Of a DNA stretch of 64,000 nt, positions 18,122 to 26,676 are shown one piece after another. The DNA lies in assembly GCA_963716725.1 (NCBI GenBank), contig CAVQUB010000005.1, positions 480,001-544,000 on the forward strand. Reading direction: 5' to 3'. A program made the position numbers and the translations under genes. The notes beneath the pieces are model-generated. The model was not told the origin of the DNA. It was given only the letters and a program-made list of their open reading frames with translations, and ran no database searches. Positions within the stretch are counted from its first letter, which is position 1. The number at the start of each line of letters is the position of its first letter. This stretch comes from an uncultured delta proteobacterium (GTDB lineage: Bacteria > Myxococcota_A > Polyangia > Polyangiales > Polyangiaceae).

Positions 18122-19077
18122 TGGGCTACCTGGGCGACAGCCTGCGCGCCCTGGCGCTCACGCTGAAGAACGCGTTTCGCCAACCGGTGACCGTGCGATT
18201 TCCCGCCGAGAAAAGGCAACGTGCGGCGCGCTTCCGCACCAGCTTCGCGCTGCTCCACGACGCGGAGGGTGACGAGGCCTGCGTGGGTTGCCTGCAATGC
18301 GAGAAGGTCTGCCCTTCGCAGGTCATCACCATCGTGGTCGAGAAGCGCGACTCCCCGGTGACTCAGAAGCGGCGCGGCTACGCCACGGATTTCACCCTCG
18401 ATCTCAACGCTTGCATCTACTGTGAGCTGTGCGTCCAGGTCTGTCCGACCGACGCCATCGTGATGACGCGCGAGGCCGAAGTGCCGGCGTACTCTCGGGA
18501 GGCACTCGTGCTCACGATGGACCGGCTCTACGCCAACGAGAAGAACAAGCCGCTGGCGTGGGGCACCGCGACGAACCTGATGGAGATGCAGAACCCGAAG
18601 CGGGGTCAGGCCGCGGAGGCACCCAAGCCGAAAGCGGAGCCTACGTCGCCCGCCAAGCCCGCGTCGCCTGCCAAGCCCGCGTCGCCTGCCAAGCCCGCGT
18701 CGCCTGCCAAGCCCGCGTCGCCGGCGGAGCCTGCGTCGCCCGCGGGGGCTGCGTCGCCGGCGGAGGCTGCGTCGCCGGCGGAGACTGCGTCGCCCGGGCC
18801 GCCTGCGTCGCCTGCGTCGCCCGCGTCGCCTGCCAAGCCTGCGTCGCCCGGGTCGCCTGCGTCGCCCGGGTCGCCCGCGTCGCCCGCGTCGCCTGCGTCG
18901 CCCGCGGAGCCTGCGTCGCCCGCGGAGCCTGCGTTGCCCGCGGAGCCTGCGTCGCCCGCGGAGCCTGCGTCGCTCGCGGAGCCTGCGTCGCCTGGCAAGC
19001 CTGCGTCGCCCGCGGAGAGCAAGCCGACAGCGGAGAGCAAGCCGACAGGCGAAACCGATCCGCCTCGGGCCGAGTGA
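18121..19077 (+). CDS. nuoI: NADH-quinone oxidoreductase subunit I with a long Pro/Ala/Ser repeat tail
   Basis: TGATG overlap with nuoH; CVGCLQCEKVCP and CIYCELCVQVCP ferredoxin motifs; about 140-aa hexapeptide repeat tail. Confidence 0.93.
   Translation: MGYLGDSLRALALTLKNAFRQPVTVRFPAEKRQRAARFRTSFALLHDAEGDEACVGCLQCEKVCPSQVITIVVEKRDSPVTQKRRGYATDFTLDLNACIYCELCVQVCPTDAIVMTREAEVPAYSREALVLTMDRLYANEKNKPLAWGTATNLMEMQNPKRGQAAEAPKPKAEPTSPAKPASPAKPASPAKPASPAKPASPAEPASPAGAASPAEAASPAETASPGPPASPASPASPAKPASPGSPASPGSPASPASPASPAEPASPAEPALPAEPASPAEPASLAEPASPGKPASPAESKPTAESKPTGETDPPRAE
18637..19050 (+). repeat. 18-nt tandem array 1: 21 units of consensus GAGCCTGCGTCGCCCGCG plus 2 units GAGAGCAAGCCGACAG(CG/GC), in frame in nuoI
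   Basis: Exact 18-nt register from 18637 to 19050; encodes xPASPA-type hexapeptides, then ESKPT(A/G). Confidence 0.9.
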
Positions 19078-19096
19078 TGCACTCGGGCGGCGCGTG

Positions 19097-20143
19097 CTAG
19101 TCGAAGCCTGGCGGCGCCACCGGGTGCTCGGGCCAGGCGGACAGGCGAGCCGCGGACGGTCCGGGAGTGGCCGTCGGATCGAGCAGTCCGTAGCGGCGCC
19201 ACCCGATCCGCAACAGCCCGACGCGCGGCGGCTGGATCCCCGTAGGCAGCTCGACGCATGGGTCGCGATCCAAGGCGAGCGCGCGCACCAGCCCCCGCGT
19301 CGATCTCCAGCCGTCGAAGTGTCGTGCTGACGAGAATGGGTCGAGGAAGTCGGTTGGCAGTTGCCTGCCCACCTGCGCTTGATGCCGCCGGAAGTTGGCC
19401 AGCACGTAAAGCAAAGCACTCCGCACCTCGAGCGGTGTCCGAAGCGGACGAGCGTAGTACCGACCCGTGAATACAGGGCCACGCGTTCCCATGAGCGCGT
19501 TTAGGCCGCGCGCAATCCGAACACAGAGGCCTTTCATTGCCCGCGAGAGGGCGACTCGATCCGGAGCTTCGGCGATCAGGTGCAAGTGGTTGCCCTGCAC
19601 GGAGTAGTGCACCAAGCGAAACCCGAACCGTTCGCAGCTCCCCGCAAACGCACGGCGCAGCGCCTTCAGACCACGTTTGCTGCGCAAGTTCCAGACGCGG
19701 TCGAGCACGCGAAGCGTTACATGGACCGGGTGCGCCGATCGATGCGCCGGGCGCTCTCGGTGAGGCACGGGGCGACGTGCCCCCGGCTTGCGACCGGCGC
19801 CCGCGCGGCGCCCGCCGTGACCGTGACCAGGATCGCCCGTGCGATCGGCCTGCGCGCGGCGCCTGTCGTGTCCGGAGTCGCCTGCGCGCCCGGAGTCGCG
19901 TGCGCGCCCAGAATCGCCTGCGCGCCTGGAATCGCCTGCGCGCCTGGAATCGCCTGCGCGCCCGGAATCGCCTGCGCGCCTGGAATCGCCTGCGCGCCCG
20001 AAGTCGCCTGCGCGCCTGGAATCGCCTGCGCGCGCGCTCGGGGGCGGCCCCGAGTCGCCGGATCGCCTGCGCGAAGGGCGGACTGGAGCCGAGCGAGCGG
20101 CATTCAGACGGGCCGACGGCCGAGTTGGAGACGGATTCACCAC
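19097..20143 (-). mobile_element. REP-associated tyrosine transposase-like HUH/Y1 nuclease (RAYT/TnpA-REP, IS200-related); start uncertain
   Basis: HGGRRAGAGRKP leader, PVHVTLR, HYSVQGNHLHLI (HUH), VFTGRY, catalytic YVLAN, DPFSSA. Candidate GTG starts at 20143/20140; the frame stays open to 20527. Confidence 0.85.
19874..20035 (+). repeat. 18-nt tandem array 2: 9 units of consensus GGA(A/G)TCGCCTGCGCGCC(C/T)
   Basis: Counted directly; degenerate copies near 19843 and 20060; reads RAGDS(R/G) in the RAYT frame. Confidence 0.92.
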
Positions 20144-20207
20144 TTGATTAGGGCGGACATTAGCGCCGCCGGCGCCATCTCGCAAGCCCAGAGTGACCGG
20201 CCCAGCG

Positions 20208-20545
20208 TGAGTCGGGTGCGAGCCCTGAGCCGAGTGCGAGCCCTGAGCCGAGTGCGAGCCCTGAGCCGGGTGCGAGCCGTGGGTCGGGTGCGAGCCGTGA
20301 GCCGGGTGCGAGCCGTGAGCCGAGTGCGAGCCCTGAGCCGAGTGCGAGCCCTGAGCCGAGTGCGAGCCCTGAGCCGAGTGCGAGCCCTGAGCCGAGTGCG
20401 AGCCCTGAGCCGAGTGCGAGCCCTGAGCCGAGTGCGAGCCCTGAGCCGAGTGCGAGCCCTGAGCCGAGTGCAAGCCGTGAGCCGCGTGCGAGCCCTGAGC
20501 CGCGTGCGAGCCCTGAGCCGCGTGCAAGCCGTGAGCCGCGAGCCG
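20208..20545 (+). repeat. 18-nt tandem array 3: 18 full units of consensus TGAGCCGAGTGCGAGCCC plus a partial unit
   Basis: Exact register from 20208 to 20531; identical central units, diverged units toward both ends; no spacers. Confidence 0.95.
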
Positions 20546-20558
20546 CGGGTCGGTTGCG

Positions 20559-21555
20559 TCAGCGCCGTGCGAGCACCCGCGAGATACTCGGGACGACGTC
20601 TGCCCGGCCGGCCATCAACATGTTGAGCTCGACCGATCCGCAGAATCCGCAACCGGCGCAATCGAATCCAGGCAGCTCGCTCAGGGCGCGAGCCACGCCG
20701 TGGGTCCGGACGTTCGGTGCCGGCGCGTCGTATCGGATGCGATCGCAGGGCACAACGTCGCCGTTGGCTTCGATCATCGCGAATACCCGCCCCGCCCAGC
20801 AGTCGAGTCCGCGAATCGCTGGCCAACTCGCGATGTGTCGGAGCCCCCCCAGGCTGTTGCGCAGGCGGCGCGGGTCGCGGAGCTTGGTCCGAACGAGCAG
20901 CGCGATGGCGCGGCGATAGTCGCTGGCGTCCGGAAAGAGGTCCTCGCAAACCCGGTCGGCCGAGTGCTCGGTGGCCATCACGGGCTGGAAGGCCACGAAC
21001 GTGTCGTGCTTCCGGGCGAGTTCGATCGCGAACGGGATTTCGGAGAGGTTCTCGCGGGTCATGGTGAAGGCGAACGAGAACTTCACGCCCAGCTCCTTCA
21101 AGACGGCGATGCCGCTCGTGAGCTCGGCGAACGCACCCGGTCGGTCGCGGATGTGGTCGTGCACCGGCGGGCTGCCATCCAGCGAGAGCTTCACCAGTTC
21201 GAGCGGGCGAAGCGCAGCTCGTCGTTCCGAGAACAAGTAGCCCGTGGAGTTGAGCTCGGTGGCGATGCCTTGGTCGACCGCGGCGCGGACTATCTCTGCG
21301 AGATTCTCGGCGCAACGTTGGCTCTCCGCCGGAGAGCGAGAGGCGCCGGGCCCCGAGCCGCGACAGATCCGCGATCACGGTGCGCCATTCTTCGGTCGAG
21401 AGTTCCTCGGTTGGGGTCGACCAAAAGGAGCAAAACCGGCAGCGCGAATGGCAGCGATTGTTCAAGTTGATGCGGACGGCAACGGGAATGCGGCGCCCCA
21501 GGGCACGAACCTTCGCCATGTCGACCAGGGCAGCGACCTTGTCCGAGGCCCTCAT
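20559..21555 (-). pseudogene. Radical SAM protein with Twitch/SPASM-like C-terminus, interrupted by one extra base near 21304 (possible sequencing error)
   Basis: MRASDK..CHSRCRFC..SGGEPTLRR in one frame; LAEIVRAA..ELNSTG..SLDG..CWAG..PC..CAGCGFC in the next. Removing one A from CGAGAATCTC restores RDLAEI. Confidence 0.85.
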
Positions 21556-23309
21556 TGTCCTGCGGGCCTGCGCGTGGTGCTCGCCAACGCCAACGCGGGC
21601 GCGCGCAGGCCGTCGAAGAAGGTCTGGTAGCGCCCGAACGCAGGCACGGAGCCGCCGCGCGTGGGGCCGAGCTCGGCCACTCGATCCCGTGTCAGCGCGG
21701 GATCGGGCCCAGCACGCTGGGCCTCCTCGCGGGCCAGCGTGAGCGCGCCGCCGAGCCCGCCGCCGCGGGCAAACACGCCATGCCGCGCGCCGGGGCTGGC
21801 GACCGTGATCGCCGCTTCCGCGAAGGTCATCAGCGCACGGGCCAACCGGCGTGCGATCCCCGCCGTCGTCGCCGGCCTGAGGGGCCGCAGCGCGAGTTGC
21901 GCGCCGACGCGCGCGTAGCGGCCCAGTTCCTCGAGGCTCTGAACGCGCCGCAGCATCGAGAGCGCATAGCGCGGTCGCGAATAGAAACGCAGGTACGCTC
22001 GCCGCGCCATGTGTTCGAGTTCGGCGCGCTCGAGCTTCGTCCACGGGGTGGGGAGCAGGTGCTCGCCCACGCGCCCCGCCACGTACTCGCGCCAATAGTC
22101 GATGCCGAGTTCCTCGATGACGTGGCGCCGTTCGAGTTCGGTATGGGGCTTGATGACGGCGATCTGGTACTGCGCGTAGGCGAGCGGCAACGACAGCGAC
22201 AAATCCACGGTGCGGCGCACGCTCGCCCTCGTGTCGCCGGGCGCTCCGAGAATGAAGAATCCCAGCGCCATGATGCCCGCTTCGTGGACCACGGCCAGCG
22301 TCTTTCCCAGATTCGTGGAGGCAGACTGACCTTTCATCATGTGCTTGAGCACGTCGTCGTCGCCGCTCTCGATGCCGAAGTAGATCCGCCGACATCCGCC
22401 CTCCGAGAGCGTTTCGATGAGTTCGTGGTCCGCGCCGCTCTTGCTGCCGTGGAAACTCAGGGAATCCACCCGGGAACGACATGACCAGATGACGTCGAGC
22501 TTGCGGCGTCGCACTTCACGGGCAATGTCCAGAGCGCGCTGACGGTCATGGAGCATCAAGGGGTCGAACCAGTCGATCTCGCGAATGCCGAGCGCGATGC
22601 ACTCTTGCATCTCGTCGACCACTTGTTCAGCTGTGCGAGCGTCCCACCCGCTCTGCCGCATGCAGCAGAATGTGCACGGGTACGGGCAGCCAATCTCGCT
22701 CATGCCGACGGTGAAGCTCCTGCGCTGCGAGACGTGGGAGTAGTAAAGACGATTGTCGAAGATGCTCCGATCCGGGGTCGGGTAGTCCCGGAAACGTCGG
22801 CGCTCGCCCGCGAAGGTGTGCCGAAGCTCGCCGCCGCGTCGCCAGAACAAATCCGCGACCTGCTCGTAGCCGCGGCCTCGTTCGAACGCGGGCAAGAAGG
22901 CCGGCAAGAAGTCGTGCCCCTCGGCGCCGCACAGGTAGTCGAAGCCGCCTTGGTCGACGATCTCGTGGGGAAATGCCTTGGCTTCGTAGCCGCCCACCAG
23001 CGTGGGCAGCCCGGTACGCTGCTTGATGGGCTTCGACCATGCGTACAGGTCGCGAATGGTCTGACAGGCGTGGGCGGAGAACGCCACGAGGTCGGGGCTG
23101 AACTCCGAGATCTCCCGCACGACTTGGTCGAGGGACTTCTTCTCGGCGGGCGCGTCCCAGAGGCGGACCTGCCAGCCGGCGGCCTTCGCGCCGCGCGCCG
23201 CCCATCCGAAGCCGATGTGCGGGAACAAACCGAACTCGTCATCGACGGTCGGCAGGTTCTCGTTGAACGACTTGGCGAAAAACGGGGGGTAGACGAGGGC
23301 GAGCTTCAC
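21552..23309 (-). CDS. Cobalamin-binding radical SAM protein (class B methylase-like)
   Basis: N-terminal B12-binding-like region (PDLVAFS, LVGG); GCPYPCTFC; FGIESGDD; GFFILGAPGDT. Confidence 0.9.
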   Translation of the reverse strand: MKLALVYPPFFAKSFNENLPTVDDEFGLFPHIGFGWAARGAKAAGWQVRLWDAPAEKKSLDQVVREISEFSPDLVAFSAHACQTIRDLYAWSKPIKQRTGLPTLVGGYEAKAFPHEIVDQGGFDYLCGAEGHDFLPAFLPAFERGRGYEQVADLFWRRGGELRHTFAGERRRFRDYPTPDRSIFDNRLYYSHVSQRRSFTVGMSEIGCPYPCTFCCMRQSGWDARTAEQVVDEMQECIALGIREIDWFDPLMLHDRQRALDIAREVRRRKLDVIWSCRSRVDSLSFHGSKSGADHELIETLSEGGCRRIYFGIESGDDDVLKHMMKGQSASTNLGKTLAVVHEAGIMALGFFILGAPGDTRASVRRTVDLSLSLPLAYAQYQIAVIKPHTELERRHVIEELGIDYWREYVAGRVGEHLLPTPWTKLERAELEHMARRAYLRFYSRPRYALSMLRRVQSLEELGRYARVGAQLALRPLRPATTAGIARRLARALMTFAEAAITVASPGARHGVFARGGGLGGALTLAREEAQRAGPDPALTRDRVAELGPTRGGSVPAFGRYQTFFDGLRAPALALASTTRRPAGQ

Positions 23310-23324
23310 GAGTCGACCGTGCGC

Positions 23325-24044
23325 TCAGCGTACACTGGGCCGGGGCGCTGCGCTTGGTGCTCGGCGGCCGAGCTCGCGGAGCGCGCGAATGGCCACCAGC
23401 GCCCAAGCCGCGTAAAACGCGACCTGAAAGAAGCCCAGCGCGCCGCCGATGGCATCGCCCGCGCCGGCGCGAGGAACGTAGCCGAGCCCTCGTTCCAGCA
23501 GCGGAAGGCCGTCGATTACCACCGTTACGATCGCTGCCACGAAGAATGAAACGCCTTCGACGGTGTGCGAACTCGCGGGTGAGCACCGCGCCCACAGCGC
23601 CCGAACCCGGGCAAATGGCAGCAAGGGAAGCCCAAAGAACAACACCATTGGGCTGCTCATCCAGATCAGCGCCCAACCCAGCACCGAAGCGTGGGTCGCC
23701 TGAGCGTTGTGAAAGTTGGGCGAGCCGCCGGTGATCGTTGCGACCAAGCTGTGTCCCAGGTCGAGGCCGTACACCGCGCCCCAGTCGATCTCCTCTTGGA
23801 ATGTCGCCGTCAGGTAGACGACCACTGCCATCGCCAACCCGCGGGCCGCGCCCGCCGCCCGGGCCGCCACCCAGAGCCACAGCGTGGTTGTCAGCGCCAG
23901 CAGCAGGTGCCCAGCGTGCTCAATGGGTCCCTCCTTCGCCGCGAGGCGAAGCCAGAGCTCCGGCGCCGCGAGCACCACGGCGAAGTACATTGCGACCATC
24001 GCAGTGAACAGCTTTGCGAACGGCAGGTCGAAGAGCCTTCGCAT
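23325..24044 (-). CDS. Polytopic membrane protein, hypothetical
   Basis: About six hydrophobic segments; KEGPIE, EEIDWG and NFHN motifs. Confidence 0.7.
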   Translation of the reverse strand: MRRLFDLPFAKLFTAMVAMYFAVVLAAPELWLRLAAKEGPIEHAGHLLLALTTTLWLWVAARAAGAARGLAMAVVVYLTATFQEEIDWGAVYGLDLGHSLVATITGGSPNFHNAQATHASVLGWALIWMSSPMVLFFGLPLLPFARVRALWARCSPASSHTVEGVSFFVAAIVTVVIDGLPLLERGLGYVPRAGAGDAIGGALGFFQVAFYAAWALVAIRALRELGRRAPSAAPRPSVR

Positions 24045-24104
24045 CTGAAGGCCGGCATTCTACAGCGGTTCGCACCCAAGGGAACGCTGACGTACAGTCG
24101 ACTG

Positions 24105-25121
24105 ATGTCGCTCCGGACCACGCTCGGCAGTGCGGCACGCTTCGGAGCCGCCTCGGTCTTGGGTCGGCCACAGCTCTTGGGTTTGGGCTGGTCGATCACC
24201 CGGATCTGCAACGCCCGTTGCACTTTTTGCAGCCGGCATGGCGGCCCCGGAGGGCCGCCCACCGCTCTGGCCCTGGGCTTGATCGATCAGCTGGCAGAGC
24301 TCGGGTGTCGGCGCGTGCATTTTACGGGCGGCGAGCCGCTGACGCGGAGCGATCTTCCGGACCTGCTGCGTCGCGTTCGATCGCGCGGCATGACCAGCAG
24401 CGTGAATACCAACGGCACGTTGGTGGCCGAACGCAGCGACGTGGTGCGGGACGCGGGGTCCTTCTTGGTCAGCGTCGACGGGCCCCGAGCCATCCATGAC
24501 CAGTATCGCGGCGCGGGAGCCTTCTCGCGCCTCGTCACCGGGCTCGGCGTGCTCGCCCGAGCGCAGAAGCCCATACTGCTCTCGGTCACCTTCTTCGACT
24601 TCAACCTCGAACAGATGCCGTTCTTCTTGGAACTCGCGCAGCGTTTCGGCGCCCGCCTGGTGCTCCAGCCGGGGGCCACTCACGTGCTCGGATCGACCGA
24701 ACCGAACCCCGTAGCACCTAACGTCGAGCGCTACCGCGCGTTGCTCGCATCGCTGCTGGACGATCCCCAGGCGCTGGGGCTCGTGTGGAACTCTGCGCGT
24801 GGACTTCGTGAGCTCGCGCGATTCCCGGAGCAGCACCGACTACGCACCCACGCCGGCCGCATCACCGCACGCCTGGAAGCGGATGGGCGCCTCTTTCCGT
24901 GCTCTCGCAGCGTGAACGATCCAGCGGCACTGCCTGCCCCCGACGCCTTCGAACTCGGGATGCGCGAGGCCTTCCGACGGTTGCCGCGAATCGACTGCTC
25001 CGGTCACGTCTGCCAGTGCGCCAACAACGTCGAAAAGAGCCTGCTCTACGCCCTCGACCCCGGCGCCTGGTACGACGCCGCGACGCGCCGATTTGCCGAG
25101 ATGCGCCGGATGGCTGGGTGA
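24105..25121 (+). CDS. Radical SAM protein, paralog of 20559-21555 and 30361-31377
   Basis: ATG at 24105; CNARCTFC, FTGGEP, VNTNG, SVDG, LQP. Confidence 0.9.
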   Translation: MSLRTTLGSAARFGAASVLGRPQLLGLGWSITRICNARCTFCSRHGGPGGPPTALALGLIDQLAELGCRRVHFTGGEPLTRSDLPDLLRRVRSRGMTSSVNTNGTLVAERSDVVRDAGSFLVSVDGPRAIHDQYRGAGAFSRLVTGLGVLARAQKPILLSVTFFDFNLEQMPFFLELAQRFGARLVLQPGATHVLGSTEPNPVAPNVERYRALLASLLDDPQALGLVWNSARGLRELARFPEQHRLRTHAGRITARLEADGRLFPCSRSVNDPAALPAPDAFELGMREAFRRLPRIDCSGHVCQCANNVEKSLLYALDPGAWYDAATRRFAEMRRMAG

Positions 25122-25966
25122 CGCCCCACCGATCTCGTGGGTGGCACTTGGCCGTGGCCGTCGGGGTGTCGGCCGGGCTGCTTTGGCTTATCGCGACCCA
25201 GGTCGACGTGCATCGAGTTTCAGCGGTCCTTGGCGCAGCCGACGCTTGGCTGATCGCCTCGGCCGTCGTCGCGGCGCTGTTCGTCAATCTACCGCTCTCG
25301 GCGCTCTCACTCGAGCGCGCGCTCGCCGCTCACGGCGTGAAGCTTTCCTTGGGCGCCGCCCTGGGCGCAACCGTGGGCCACCTGGCGCTGCACGCGGGTG
25401 GGACCGCGGTGGTGGGGAAGGCCGCGCGGGCGCTGTACTTGTCGAAGGCTCACGGAGTGGAGGCGGCAGCTGCGGTTCGCGCGGAGGTGACGCTTCTCGT
25501 GATCAAGCTGGCGGCGTTGTTGGTGCTGGCTGCTGCTGGAGCGGCGCTCGCGCGCGCGTGGTGGAGCGCGCCCTGCTTGGTGCTGGTGCTCGGCGCACTC
25601 GTGGCGTGGGGCGAGCGTCGAGGCGCCCGCGCGGCTGCGCTGTCGGGGGCGTTCGCCTGCGCGCTCGCGATGGGGATGGGGCAGCTCGTGGTCTTCACGC
25701 TCGCCCTCCGATCGCTGGACGTGACGCTGCCCGTCATCCAAGTGCTCGGCCTGTTCCCGCTATGTCTCGTGGGCGCCAAGCTCCCCGTTTCGTTGATGGG
25801 ACTCGGCGTCCGCGAGGCGCTGGTATTGCTGATGTTTCGCGGCAGCGTGCCGGCCGAGGCGCTGCTCGGCGCGACGCTGCTGTTCAGTTTGACCGAGCAA
25901 GTCTTGCCAGGTCTGCTTGGTCTTGGGTTTTCACCGCGTTTCGTCGCACGCACGCTGCGCGGCTGA
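25118..25966 (+). CDS. Lysylphosphatidylglycerol synthase TM / UPF0104 flippase-like membrane protein
   Basis: GTGA overlap with the upstream gene; multi-TM; KAARALYL and LPVSLMGLGVRE motifs. Confidence 0.8.
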   Translation: MTPHRSRGWHLAVAVGVSAGLLWLIATQVDVHRVSAVLGAADAWLIASAVVAALFVNLPLSALSLERALAAHGVKLSLGAALGATVGHLALHAGGTAVVGKAARALYLSKAHGVEAAAAVRAEVTLLVIKLAALLVLAAAGAALARAWWSAPCLVLVLGALVAWGERRGARAAALSGAFACALAMGMGQLVVFTLALRSLDVTLPVIQVLGLFPLCLVGAKLPVSLMGLGVREALVLLMFRGSVPAEALLGATLLFSLTEQVLPGLLGLGFSPRFVARTLRG

Positions 25967-25967
25967 C

Positions 25968-26651
25968 TCAGCCGAGCAGCGCTTCGATTGCACCGGGCTG
26001 GTCGAGATCGCGGAACACGAAGTGAGCGCCACGAGTCCGCAGCACCTCGAGTTCTTCGCCGCCGGTGCCTACCGCGACGACGTCGGCTCCGATGGCCAGA
26101 CCTGCGTCGACGTCTCTCACGGTGTCGCCGATGACGACCACACGGCACTCGCCGGGAGGGCGGCCGAACAGCTCCGCTCCGCGCTCGGCGCCGGTCCGCA
26201 ACAGCTGCGCTCGGTCCTCGTGGTCGCAACCAAAGCCCCCGAACGCAAAACGTTCGTAGAGCTCCACCTTCGACAGCTTGATCCGTGCGCCGCGGCGTAG
26301 GTTTCCGGTGCCGAGCCCGATGGCCGTGTGGTCGGCCCCGAGCGCCGCGTCCAACGCCCGAATGATGCCCGGGTACACCGCGTACTCGGTCGCCGAGCTT
26401 ACCTCCTGCTCGAGAAGCCCGACGTAGAGAGATAGTAGTCGCTCGATGCTGGCGTCGTCGTCGTCGTGCCCGACGTGAACGAGCCCCGCCCGCACGATGG
26501 CGCGATCGGTCATGCCTGCAAAGGGGAAGTGCGTGGCGTCCCCGCGCCCCGTCAATACCTCGAAGGCGCGATCCATCGCGCGTCGCCCGGCGCCGCCCGT
26601 CGTGACGAGCGTGCCATCGATGTCGAAGAGCAGAACCGTGTGCGCGCGCAA
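25968..26651 (-). CDS. HAD-superfamily hydrolase
   Basis: LLFDIDGTL (motif I), LGTGN, VIGDTVRDV. Confidence 0.9.
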   Translation of the reverse strand: MRAHTVLLFDIDGTLVTTGGAGRRAMDRAFEVLTGRGDATHFPFAGMTDRAIVRAGLVHVGHDDDDASIERLLSLYVGLLEQEVSSATEYAVYPGIIRALDAALGADHTAIGLGTGNLRRGARIKLSKVELYERFAFGGFGCDHEDRAQLLRTGAERGAELFGRPPGECRVVVIGDTVRDVDAGLAIGADVVAVGTGGEELEVLRTRGAHFVFRDLDQPGAIEALLG

Positions 26652-26676
26652 GCCAGCATGATAGCTTCATCTCGCG

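Noticed and set aside
19097..20143. Canonical IS200/IS605 element
   Set aside because: No tnpB, no convincing paired subterminal hairpins, and the motifs look RAYT-like.
20208..20527. (HSAQGS)n as a multi-core RiPP precursor for the upstream rSAMs
   Set aside because: No SD or leader peptide, weak TTG start, no stop before the nuclease, variants non-synonymous in this frame, and no RRE or peptidase nearby.
19874..20545. CRISPR array
   Set aside because: Units are contiguous 18-mers with no unique spacers, and no cas genes are present.
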